DNA of 64,000 nucleotides from Steroidobacteraceae bacterium (GTDB lineage Bacteria; Pseudomonadota; Gammaproteobacteria; Steroidobacterales; Steroidobacteraceae): the NCBI GenBank assembly GCA_049579785.1, contig JBAUOO010000043.1, positions 11,335 to 75,334 of the forward strand. The letters are read 5' to 3'. A program made the translations under genes and the position numbers. The notes under the pieces were generated by a model. It worked only from the letters and a program-made list of their open reading frames with translations, had not been told where the DNA came from and ran no database searches. Positions 28,264 to 36,633 of the stretch are shown here, piece by piece (the first letter of the stretch is position 1; each line of letters opens with the position of its first letter).

Positions 28264-28848
28264 ATGAGCTTGGGCGATTTCTACGAGGACTTCTTTTCCA
28301 TCGTCTGGCTGCTGTGGATGATCGTCTGGTTCGTGTTTGCGGGCGATGTGAAGGTCACGGTCCGGCGCCAACCCGCGCTGTCACGGCTGCTGAACATGGC
28401 GCTCCTGGTCTATGCCGCCGCCCTCTTGTGGACACCGCGCGCTGCGATCCCCGGGCTCAGCGGCCGCGTCCTGCCTGCCTCGCAGTGGCAATTCTGGACG
28501 GCGCTTGGGGCAGCCCTGACCCTCCTCGGGCTGTTGTTCACGGTATGGGCGCGCATTTATCTCGGGCGCAACTGGAGTGGCGTGGCGGCCGTCAAGGCCG
28601 ATCACGAGTTGATCACCGGCGGTCCGTACCGATGGGTCCGCCATCCGATCTACTCGGGCCTGGCGCTCGCTTTCCTCGGAACGGCGATGGCGGTCGGACG
28701 GTGGCGCGGTGTGGTGGCTGTCGCGTTGGCGCTCATCGCCATCGCACAACGAATACTCGTCGAGGAGCGCTTCATGCGCCAACAGTTCGGCGCCGCTTAC
28801 GATACGTACGCCGCGCGCGTGCGGGCGCTCGTACCGGGTCTTATCTAG
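28264..28848 (+). CDS. Isoprenylcysteine carboxyl methyltransferase (ICMT)/phospholipid methyltransferase family membrane protein
   Basis: Internal ATG (MSLGDFY...). Four to five TM segments and signature GGPYRWVRHPIYSGL. Confidence 0.75.
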   Translation: MSLGDFYEDFFSIVWLLWMIVWFVFAGDVKVTVRRQPALSRLLNMALLVYAAALLWTPRAAIPGLSGRVLPASQWQFWTALGAALTLLGLLFTVWARIYLGRNWSGVAAVKADHELITGGPYRWVRHPIYSGLALAFLGTAMAVGRWRGVVAVALALIAIAQRILVEERFMRQQFGAAYDTYAARVRALVPGLI

Positions 28849-29603
28849 GGAAGTCTTCGGGCATCGCGCGAAATCCAACGCACCTCGCCCTCGCAGGGGT
28901 CCACCAGCCGGTGAAGCGGCTCATCTCTCCCCAGGGTCCGCAGCAGCGCGAATGCGCGAATCTGCGCTGTCGGGAACGCTTCGCGCAGCCGGTCCGCGGC
29001 GGCAAGCAAGGTCCGGCCGCGGGTGATCACATCATCCACCAGCGTCAACTGCAGCCGCTCCTCTGACGGCGTCGGCGACTCGCCCCCGCGCTTGCGCTCG
29101 ATGGCAAAGGACGCATAGTGCTCCAGCACCGAGGGGCGCTCGCCAGCCGGCGCGAAAGCGGACTTTCTTACGGCGTGCCGGCGCTGCAGAACCGGCCAGA
29201 CCGCGCCCGCGAGGCCAAGCTCCTTCAGACACCAGGCGAGATGCTCGCCCACCCAGGGCCCGACCTGCGTGGCGGCGCTCCCCGGAACGGGAACCAACAC
29301 GACGCGCGCGCCGAACGTCGCCGCAAAGCGCCTGCCGCTTGCCACCTGCAACCAGACACGAGCGGCGAGCCCCGGCAGCCAATCCGGGTCGCAGACCTTC
29401 AAGTGCGCGCAGATCGACCTCGCGACAGCGCACAAGGGTCCGCTGCCGCCCGGTGAGTACGCGAAGCACGCCGCGAATGGCAGGACCGCAAACGAGATAT
29501 TTGCCTCGGCGCAGGTGCGGATCGCACGGCCTTCACTCGGGAAATTCCTGACCGAGCCCTGTGGCGCCCGCGCGCTCGGCCTCGACCGCATCGCCTGCGG
29601 CAT
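28845..29603 (-). CDS. Phosphoribosyltransferase-like (ComF/PRTase-fold) protein
   Basis: PRPP-loop-like motif LTLVDDVITRGRTLLAAA near the C-terminus, plus a Cys-containing N-terminal region. Only ATG 29603 or 29591 are usable starts, so the gene overlaps the relaxase 3' end by about 60-70 nt. The part of the track ORF upstream of 29603 is shadow over the relaxase. Confidence 0.6.
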   Translation of the reverse strand: MPQAMRSRPSARAPQGSVRNFPSEGRAIRTCAEANISFAVLPFAACFAYSPGGSGPLCAVARSICAHLKVCDPDWLPGLAARVWLQVASGRRFAATFGARVVLVPVPGSAATQVGPWVGEHLAWCLKELGLAGAVWPVLQRRHAVRKSAFAPAGERPSVLEHYASFAIERKRGGESPTPSEERLQLTLVDDVITRGRTLLAAADRLREAFPTAQIRAFALLRTLGRDEPLHRLVDPCEGEVRWISRDARRLP

Positions 29604-30672
29604 CGCGATCCCGCTCGTTCGCAGCGGAGGGCTGACTTTCCGCCCCCCTTGCCTGAAGGCTCCGCCAGGCCTCGACGGCCCGCCGGCGAATCTCATCGGT
29701 CGATATCGGGGGCGAGCGCTCGGCGCCCGGCGCGGGCGCCGCCCCCTCCGGGCTTGCGCGGTATTTGAGCCAGTCTTCAACCGCCTGCCGGCGCCGCGCC
29801 TCCATATCCTGCGGCGGCGTGGATTGCCGCCTTGATTCTGGTTCGAGCAGGGTGCTGTCGGCGGATCTCTCTGCCGTTTTCTCAGCGCCCGCCCGCTTCG
29901 CGTCTCGTGCCGCGACACGTTGCCGGTACCGCTCCCGGATGCGCTCGGCCACTTCGCTTCGCTCGCCACGCCTCTGCGCGGCGAGGGCGTTTCGTGGCAG
30001 ATAGTGTGTAGGCTCCCGGTCGATCCCCTGCGCCTCGAGCGTGCGGTGATCAACGCGCGCCTCCATGTTGGCTTGTCGCAGCGCCTCATTGGTCAATTCC
30101 GCCCAACGGGCGCGCAACGTCCTGAACTCCTGCCGGGACGGAGGCAATCCGAGCTCGCTGCGCGTGCCACCGACCATGTCGAGGCCGGTCTTGGGACCCA
30201 GACCCTCCGGCGTGACTTCGCGGGTCGTCGCGAGCAGATGTGCATGGAAGTTGCGCGGATCGCCTTGCGGTCTTGGTGCATGGATCGCGAGGTCCACCGC
30301 GACGTTGTACCGATCGGCGATTTCCCGCGAGAAGGTGCGCGCCAGGGCGATACGCTGCTCGGGCGACAGCTCCGCGGGCAGCGCGATCTGATATTCGCGC
30401 GCGACCCGTGCATTGCTCCTGGGCTCGACCTTCTCCACCGTGTTCCACAGCGTCGAACGCTCGCGCGCCCAGTCCATCCCGGCATCGGGTCGCTCGAGGC
30501 GGGACGGAAGGAGGATTTCCTTGTGCAGAACGTCTTCGCGTTTGCTGTGATTGTACAGGGCGCCGGTGCGCTCATCCCGGATACGCTCCCCGGCGCGGTA
30601 AGCGGCCGCAGCGGTCGCGGTTCGGCCGGTGTTGCGGGTGACGGAACCGATCTGCAGACGAAAGATGGCCAT
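29533..30672 (-). CDS. mobA: MobA/MobL family (MOBQ) relaxase
   Basis: N-terminal MAIFRLQIGSVTRNTGRTATAAAAYRAGERI (catalytic Tyr context) and histidine motif NFHAHLLATTRE are classic MobA/MobL features. 379 aa with no primase domain. Confidence 0.85.
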   Translation of the reverse strand: MAIFRLQIGSVTRNTGRTATAAAAYRAGERIRDERTGALYNHSKREDVLHKEILLPSRLERPDAGMDWARERSTLWNTVEKVEPRSNARVAREYQIALPAELSPEQRIALARTFSREIADRYNVAVDLAIHAPRPQGDPRNFHAHLLATTREVTPEGLGPKTGLDMVGGTRSELGLPPSRQEFRTLRARWAELTNEALRQANMEARVDHRTLEAQGIDREPTHYLPRNALAAQRRGERSEVAERIRERYRQRVAARDAKRAGAEKTAERSADSTLLEPESRRQSTPPQDMEARRRQAVEDWLKYRASPEGAAPAPGAERSPPISTDEIRRRAVEAWRSLQARGAESQPSAANERDRDAAGDAVEAERAGATGLGQEFPE

Positions 30673-30685
30673 GAGGTGCCCTCCT

Positions 30686-32056
30686 TCACCGAGAAGTGCG
30701 CCGCAGATGCACCTTGAGCCAGACGGCGGATGAGGCGGTCTTCAGGTACCCGGTGAGGTCCGGCAGCTGCTCGAGCTCCGATGCCAGCACCGCCGCCTCC
30801 GTCACCCGCTGCTCACTGACGTTCATGGATCGGCGCCAGCCCCGCCCGCCCGCAAACCCGCTCCCATCGCGGCCGCGGGAGGTGATCCGGCGCGCCACTT
30901 CCCGCTCGCCGATCAGCCGTGAAGCAAACTGCGATGTCCCGCCATGCTCGCTCGCCGAGCAGCGCAGAATCAGCGTGTTGCCGCAGTTTTCGATGACTGT
31001 TTGAGCCTCGGCCGCTCCATAGGTACTCGAGACTTGCGCGACCGACTGAAATCCCAGGACACATCTACCGCCGAATTTCCGCAGCCGCGCCAGCGCATCT
31101 TTCAACCCATCGATCGCCCCCAACGCATCGAGCTCATCGACGACGAGCCACACTCGCCGATCAGTGCCCTCATCGCTCATCAGCTCGAAGATCGCGAGCC
31201 GCACCCACGTCGCGATCACGGTTCGCAACGCCGCGATCTGACTCGCTTGGTAGGGCAGGAATAGGACCCCTCGGCCGGAATCGACCCAGTCGCGCACCGA
31301 GAAGGCGCGCGCGCGCTGAGCCTGCACGTGCTCCAGAGCTGATGCCGCCGACACGGCGACCGAGCGGATGGATCCGAACATGCGCGCATTCTCCGGCTCG
31401 AGAAACGGCTGGGCCGGAGTGCCCATGACCATCGGGCGCAGCTCCGCGCCCGGGGCCATGGCGATGAGCCGCCAGAGCTCCGCGGCATCGCGACGACCGG
31501 TCTCAGGGCAGCGCCGCACCAGAGCGGTAAGAAACGTGCGCGCATAGCCGCGCCATTCCCGCCCTGAGGCATCCTCCGTCGACGGAATGAGACTACTGGC
31601 AAGCTGCTCGGCGTCGTACGGCTCACGGACCTCGGCAGACGGGTCCCACCGCGGCGAGCGACGGTCGAACGGATTCAACACCACGTCTCCCCGGCCGCAG
31701 TCGTAGAAGCGCGCGAGATAGCCGCCGTCCGGATCGGTGATGACCGCGCGATCTCCGCGCTCGAGCGCGGCCGCGAGAAGCTCGCGGATCGCGGTCGATT
31801 TGCCCGTTCCGGTGGTGCCGATCAGCTTGAAGTGCTTGACCTCATCACCCGCGGCAATCCCAACGCCGGCGAGCGTGAGCGGCCGCTGCGGCTCGAGCAG
31901 CCGCCCGCGCGCCGTTCGCCGCTGCGCCGCCCTGCCATCCAGTATCCGCGCGCCGCGCTTGTGCGCTTCGCGCCTGCCGGAGCGTCGCGAGAGGACGACC
32001 GCGATGAGGAGCGCGATCGCCAGCGCAACCTCGATGATCGAGCGCGGAACTGACAT
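30686..32056 (-). CDS. Type IV coupling protein, TraD/TrwB-type (copy 1, short N-terminus)
   Basis: 456 aa. One N-terminal TM, Walker A GTTGTGKST, Walker B VWLVVDELDALG, and LILRCSASEHGGTSQFASRLIG block. Confidence 0.8.
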   Translation of the reverse strand: MSVPRSIIEVALAIALLIAVVLSRRSGRREAHKRGARILDGRAAQRRTARGRLLEPQRPLTLAGVGIAAGDEVKHFKLIGTTGTGKSTAIRELLAAALERGDRAVITDPDGGYLARFYDCGRGDVVLNPFDRRSPRWDPSAEVREPYDAEQLASSLIPSTEDASGREWRGYARTFLTALVRRCPETGRRDAAELWRLIAMAPGAELRPMVMGTPAQPFLEPENARMFGSIRSVAVSAASALEHVQAQRARAFSVRDWVDSGRGVLFLPYQASQIAALRTVIATWVRLAIFELMSDEGTDRRVWLVVDELDALGAIDGLKDALARLRKFGGRCVLGFQSVAQVSSTYGAAEAQTVIENCGNTLILRCSASEHGGTSQFASRLIGEREVARRITSRGRDGSGFAGGRGWRRSMNVSEQRVTEAAVLASELEQLPDLTGYLKTASSAVWLKVHLRRTSR

Positions 32057-32075
32057 GGCTCGGCAGCCCTTTGCC

Positions 32076-32585
32076 TCAATAGCCCTTCACGACGAGGTAG
32101 TCGGCACCCGGCCCGTACGCCGGAGCACTCCGATCGACCCGGACACAGAGCCTGCCGCGCTCCCCGCATTTTCTCACCTCGAGCAGCGCGCCACGCTGCC
32201 GCAGGCGGGCAATGTTGGCGGTGAGTGCGTCGCGCCGCGCTTGCAGTGCGGCCACCTCCGGCCGGGAGGGCAGCAGCCACCACGCCTCCGCCATGGCGAC
32301 GCCGGAGCAGACCGCTGCAATGCACACGGTCCACAACAGCACGCGCAGATTGGCCGCTCGCCGCAGGCCCTGCAGGGACTCGGCGGCGCGCCGGCTCTCG
32401 CCGGCAATGTTTCCGAGTTCCTCGGCCACGGTACGTCCGACCTCATCACGCACGAGGGCCGCCAGATCGCGGGTGTGAGCCGCCAGCCGCTCGAGACTCT
32501 CCTGACTGAGACTCTGTTGCGCCCGGGCGGCCTCCATCAGCAGTCCCAGCTTCATCGCCTCATCATTCAGTCCGCGGTCAGTCAT
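32076..32585 (-). CDS. Hypothetical coiled-coil protein with a central TM segment (between the two coupling-protein genes)
   Basis: Internal ATG (MTDRGLNDEAMKLGLL...) overlaps the upstream stop (ATGACTGA). Helical/coiled N-terminal region, TM segment LRVLLWTVCIAAVCSGVAMAEAWWLL, and C-terminal ...YLVVKGY. I recognise no family. Confidence 0.5.
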   Translation of the reverse strand: MTDRGLNDEAMKLGLLMEAARAQQSLSQESLERLAAHTRDLAALVRDEVGRTVAEELGNIAGESRRAAESLQGLRRAANLRVLLWTVCIAAVCSGVAMAEAWWLLPSRPEVAALQARRDALTANIARLRQRGALLEVRKCGERGRLCVRVDRSAPAYGPGADYLVVKGY

Positions 32586-34308
32586 AGTCCCACCCCTCGT
32601 CGATTCGCGCCCCTTCTTCGCGTCCGTAGCTCGCCTCGCGGGAAGGGCAAGGGCGGCCTTGCAATGCCACGCCGTTGCGGACAGCACTCGTGCGCTCCGG
32701 CAGGGACAGCGTGACGCGCAACCAATCGGGCGAAGAAGCGAGCTTGAGGAACCCGGCGAGATCCGGCAGTCGCTCGATCTCCGAGTCCATGACCGCGGGC
32801 TCGATGTGGCGGTGCTCCGATTCGGTCACCGACGGGCGAATGTCCGACGGCCGGCGCGACTCCGAGCGCGCAATTCGAGTTACCTCGCGTTGGCCGATCA
32901 GCCGTGACGCAAACTGCGATGTCCCGCCATGCTCGCTCGCCGAGCAGCGCAGGATGAGCGAGTTGCCGCAGTTTTCGACGAGAGTCTGGGCTTCGCCTTT
33001 GCCATAAGTACTCGAGACCTGCGCGATCGACTGAAATCCCAGGACACATCTTCCGTCAAATTTCCGCAACCGCGCCAGCGCATCCTTCAACCCATCGATG
33101 GGTCCCAACGCATCGAGCTCATCGATGACGAACCACAGTCTCTGGCCCCGCCCTTCGGGTTGGCTCATCGCCTCGAAAATGCCCAAGCGCATCCAGGCCG
33201 AGACCGTCGAGCGCAGCGCCGCGATCTGTCCCGCCCGGTAAGGAATGAAGAGCACGCCCTTGCCCGATCCCACCCACTCCTTGACCGAGAGCGGCGGCGA
33301 GTCCTGACGGGCAACGTACCGCAACGGCCCGACCGCGGAGGTCAACACCGAGCGTATGGAGTCCAACATCCGGTCATTCTGCTTCTCGAAAAAAGGCTGT
33401 GCCGGGGTACCCTCGACCAGCGTTTCGAGCTCGCCCTTCCTCGAGACGACGAGCAACTGGAAAAGCTGCGAGATATCCGACACGCCGGCGCAGCGCGCCT
33501 GGCTCGTGACCGCGCAGAAGAGCGTGCGCGCGTAGCCGCGCCAGCTTCGGTCCTGGCCCTCGTGATCCGGGATGAGCGCGAGAGCCAGCTGGTCGATGTC
33601 GTACTCCTCGCGGATCTCCCCGAACAGATCCCATTTGGCACCGCCGGCCTCGAACGGGCTCAAAATGACATCGCCGCGGCGGGCATCGAAGAAGCGCTTC
33701 ATGTACCCCCCGTCCGGATCGGCGATGATCGCCCGATCGCCGCGACGCAAGGCTCCTGAGAGCAGCTCGGTGATCGCCGTGCTCTTGCCGGCGCCGGTCG
33801 TGCCGATCAGTTTGAAATGCTTCGTCTCATCCGCGCCCGGGACCGGGATGCCAGCGAGCGTGATCTGCGCTCGATGAGCGCCCACCCGCGCGTGAGGCGC
33901 GCGCCCTCGCCCGTGCTCGCGTCCGGCCGCGCGCTGATCGGCATGCGCTCTTGCATCTACGACGGTTGCACCTCTGATGTGGCCTTCCCTGCTCGCCTCC
34001 GGCGTGGCAAGCACGTGTCCGCCGGCGTACCCCAAAAGCCCCCCGAAGCCCGCGCCGATCGCGTACTCCATCAGGCCGCCGCTGCCGATGTGCAGCCCAT
34101 GAAGCAGCGGGCTCGCCACAGACATCCCAACCGCCGTTGCCGTCATGAGCGATCCGGCGAGTACGGGCGATGCGAGAAAGGCCCGTAGCTGCGCGCTCCC
34201 GCGCGCCATCGCCAGCCACATCGGGGCCTGTACCGCCAGGTAATCGAGCCCGAGTCCCGACCACCCGCGCAGCAGCCCTTGCATCGTCGCGGCGGTCTCG
34301 GTCAGCAT
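32578..34308 (-). CDS. Type IV coupling protein, TraD/TrwB-type (copy 2, extended multi-TM N-terminus)
   Basis: Internal ATG (MLTETAATMQ...). About 150-aa hydrophobic N-terminal region. Walker A GTTGAGKST, Walker B LWFVIDELDALG, and the same LILRCSASEHGGTSQFASRLIG block as copy 1. Confidence 0.8.
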   Translation of the reverse strand: MLTETAATMQGLLRGWSGLGLDYLAVQAPMWLAMARGSAQLRAFLASPVLAGSLMTATAVGMSVASPLLHGLHIGSGGLMEYAIGAGFGGLLGYAGGHVLATPEASREGHIRGATVVDARAHADQRAAGREHGRGRAPHARVGAHRAQITLAGIPVPGADETKHFKLIGTTGAGKSTAITELLSGALRRGDRAIIADPDGGYMKRFFDARRGDVILSPFEAGGAKWDLFGEIREEYDIDQLALALIPDHEGQDRSWRGYARTLFCAVTSQARCAGVSDISQLFQLLVVSRKGELETLVEGTPAQPFFEKQNDRMLDSIRSVLTSAVGPLRYVARQDSPPLSVKEWVGSGKGVLFIPYRAGQIAALRSTVSAWMRLGIFEAMSQPEGRGQRLWFVIDELDALGPIDGLKDALARLRKFDGRCVLGFQSIAQVSSTYGKGEAQTLVENCGNSLILRCSASEHGGTSQFASRLIGQREVTRIARSESRRPSDIRPSVTESEHRHIEPAVMDSEIERLPDLAGFLKLASSPDWLRVTLSLPERTSAVRNGVALQGRPCPSREASYGREEGARIDEGWDYD

Positions 34309-35378
34309 CCGTTTCGCTCGCCGGGGGCTTTCGCGGCACTCGCCCGCGCCGGGGACCGGGGGCGGTACCAGATTTCCTTGATGAAGCGCGTATGGCGCTC
34401 CACCCCGCACTGGATGACGACATCGATCAGGCGCCTGAGGAGGCTGCGGATGTCACGCCGGGCGAGCTGCCGGCCGCCCTCGCTCTGCTTCACGAGGAGC
34501 ACCAGCTGCTCGAATGCCAGCGCGGCGCTCGAAGCATGCACGCTCGTGATCGATCCGGGGTGTCCGGAGTTGACGTTACGAAGGTAATCGAACGCCTCCT
34601 CCGCACGGAGCTCGGCGAGAAGGATGCGATCGGGCTTCATCCTCAACGTGGCTTCCAGGAGCTGCTTCGGGGTGACACGGGCTAGCCCCTGGTCGTCCTT
34701 GCTGTAGAAGAGCCGCACGTGGTTGGGGTGAGAGTCGAGCACGAGCTCCGGCGCGTCCTCTATGGTGACCAGACGCTCGTGCGTCGGAATTTCCCGGATC
34801 AACGCCTTCGTCCAGGTCGTCTTTCCGGATCCGGTCGGACCGGAGACCAGAATGTTGCGCCGGCTGCGCACCGCGAGACTCATGAACGCCTCGTATCGTT
34901 GCTCGAGGAGAAGTCTGCCGAGCTCCGTCTCGACTTCCTCCGGGCCGTTCCCCGCCGCGCGCGTCTGGCGGAAGATCCCTCGCCCCGCGAGCTCACTCAC
35001 CGACCAGACCTCATCGGAGGGCCGGCGGATGTTGACCGCGACGCACCCTTGCGTGGTTGCCGGCGGCAGCGCGATCTGCACTCTCTCGCCGCTCGGGAGC
35101 GAGGCGGACAGCAGCGGCGTGCTCTCATCGATTCGCTGGCGGCTGTAATTCGCCACCAGCTTGGCGAAGCGCCGACACCAGTCGAGGTCGGCGTAGGCCG
35201 CCGGCTCGCAATGCCAGCCGGTGTGAGTTTCCAGGAACACCTCCGACGGCCTGTTGATGCAGACTTCCATCACGTCCGACCTCGAGAGCAGCGGTCGCAG
35301 CGGACGCAGCGTGAGCTCGAGCGCCGAGACGTACTCCCTCGACCCCGAGCGCGCGAGCTCAGCGGGGCTCGAGCTCAT
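34302..35378 (-). CDS. virB11: VirB11 family type IV secretion ATPase
   Basis: Internal ATG (MSSSPAEL...). DVMEVCINRP, Walker A GPTGSGKTT, RILLAELR, GHPGSITSVHA. Confidence 0.9.
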   Translation of the reverse strand: MSSSPAELARSGSREYVSALELTLRPLRPLLSRSDVMEVCINRPSEVFLETHTGWHCEPAAYADLDWCRRFAKLVANYSRQRIDESTPLLSASLPSGERVQIALPPATTQGCVAVNIRRPSDEVWSVSELAGRGIFRQTRAAGNGPEEVETELGRLLLEQRYEAFMSLAVRSRRNILVSGPTGSGKTTWTKALIREIPTHERLVTIEDAPELVLDSHPNHVRLFYSKDDQGLARVTPKQLLEATLRMKPDRILLAELRAEEAFDYLRNVNSGHPGSITSVHASSAALAFEQLVLLVKQSEGGRQLARRDIRSLLRRLIDVVIQCGVERHTRFIKEIWYRPRSPARASAAKAPGERNGC

Positions 35379-36633
35379 ACACGGACCTGAAGTCGACGTC
35401 GCGAGCCACCAGCACCTGGATGCGCGCGCCGTTGCGTACGCGGATGGTTGGCGGAATGTTGATGGTGCTGCGCAAAAGCTCGGTGAGCACATCCTCCGAG
35501 GCGGTCGGATCGAGGACGACCGTGCCACCGCGCGATGAGGACTGCACCTCCGCCTGCACGGCACCGTCGATGGTGGAGACGAGTGCGGCAGCGCCGAAGC
35601 GCTGCCAGAAGTGACGATTGACCTTGCCCTTAAGTCCCGAGCGCCCGAGCGCATCGGTACCGGGCGAGTCGAGCCGTACGACCACTCCCGTTGGCGTGCG
35701 CGCCTGCGTCCATACGACGAACACGCGCGCTTGCCCCTGGCTCACCGCCCCGCGGGTCTCCCCGATCAGCTTCGTGCCCCGCTCGAGGAGGACGACGGTC
35801 CCATCAGCGCCGAACGTATCGGTGGCGGTAACGCAGGTTGTCATTCCCGGCAGCGTCGAGTCGATCGCCGTTTCGAGCGTGCAGTCGATGAACGTGCCTT
35901 GGGGAAGCAGCAGCCGCCGGGTCGGTAGGACCTGCGCTCGCGTCGCCTGCAGCTCGCTGGGTCGCAACAGCGTCTGCAACGCATCGCTCGATGCCGTTCG
36001 CTCCTGCGGATGGACGATGCCTGCTGCCGCAGCCGGTTCTTCGCCAGTGCCAGCATCGGCGCCACCGCCACCGCCACCGCCACCCGCGAACACCTCACCG
36101 GACAAGCGGCGCTCGAGCGCCTGTCCTCGAGGAGAAGGCTGCGGCGGCATGCCATAGCCGCGCGGAAGTCCCCGCGGCGCACGAGCGAGCGGCGGCTCGG
36201 GCAGAGGATTGGGCAGCGCGCCGAGCGGTGAGGACGGCGAGGATGCGCTCGAAACGGCAGGGGCGGACCGCGCCGCGGCCGGCGCCGCCATGGCAGCGAA
36301 TGACGGCAGGGTCATCCCCTCGCCGGCATTCTCGGGGATCGATGCACGCGCCGCTGCGCGCGCCGCCGTGGGGCGGGAGAGCGCCTCGGCGTAATACCAG
36401 GTCAACAGACCCGCGCCCACGCTGACCATCATTGCGGCAGCGAGCAGACTGCTCATTCTCGACTGCAACGACTGGGCGCGACTCACGATGGGAGAGCCGC
36501 GCTCGCCCTGAACGGAGTCCCTCGCGCCCACCGGCTCGGCAGACCCGCCGCGCGGGTCGATACGCGAGCCCTCGGCGCGCGAGGACCGATCCGCCTCGGC
36601 AGGGACGCCCTTTCGCCAGGGAAGCCGGATCAT
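35359..36633 (-). CDS. virB10: VirB10/TrbI family protein
   Basis: 424 aa. N-terminal TM, Pro/Gly-rich linker including G8, and a conserved C-terminal barrel region (GTFIDCTLETAIDSTLPG...VNRHFWQRFG...RVRNGARIQVLV). Confidence 0.85.
   Translation of the reverse strand: MIRLPWRKGVPAEADRSSRAEGSRIDPRGGSAEPVGARDSVQGERGSPIVSRAQSLQSRMSSLLAAAMMVSVGAGLLTWYYAEALSRPTAARAAARASIPENAGEGMTLPSFAAMAAPAAARSAPAVSSASSPSSPLGALPNPLPEPPLARAPRGLPRGYGMPPQPSPRGQALERRLSGEVFAGGGGGGGGADAGTGEEPAAAAGIVHPQERTASSDALQTLLRPSELQATRAQVLPTRRLLLPQGTFIDCTLETAIDSTLPGMTTCVTATDTFGADGTVVLLERGTKLIGETRGAVSQGQARVFVVWTQARTPTGVVVRLDSPGTDALGRSGLKGKVNRHFWQRFGAAALVSTIDGAVQAEVQSSSRGGTVVLDPTASEDVLTELLRSTINIPPTIRVRNGARIQVLVARDVDFRSVYELEPR

Noticed and set aside
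29604-30089. N-terminal 162 residues of the 414-aa track ORF 28845-30089
   Set aside because: This part lies entirely inside the relaxase gene in another frame. It is Arg/Pro/Ser-rich nonsense, and only the segment downstream of ATG 29603 shows PRTase-like sequence.
36061-36084. (GCCACC)x4 hexanucleotide repeat inside virB10, encoding G8
   Set aside because: Considered as a phase-variation tract. The unit length is a multiple of three, so slippage would only change linker length and would not switch the gene off. VirB10 linkers are commonly Gly/Pro-rich.
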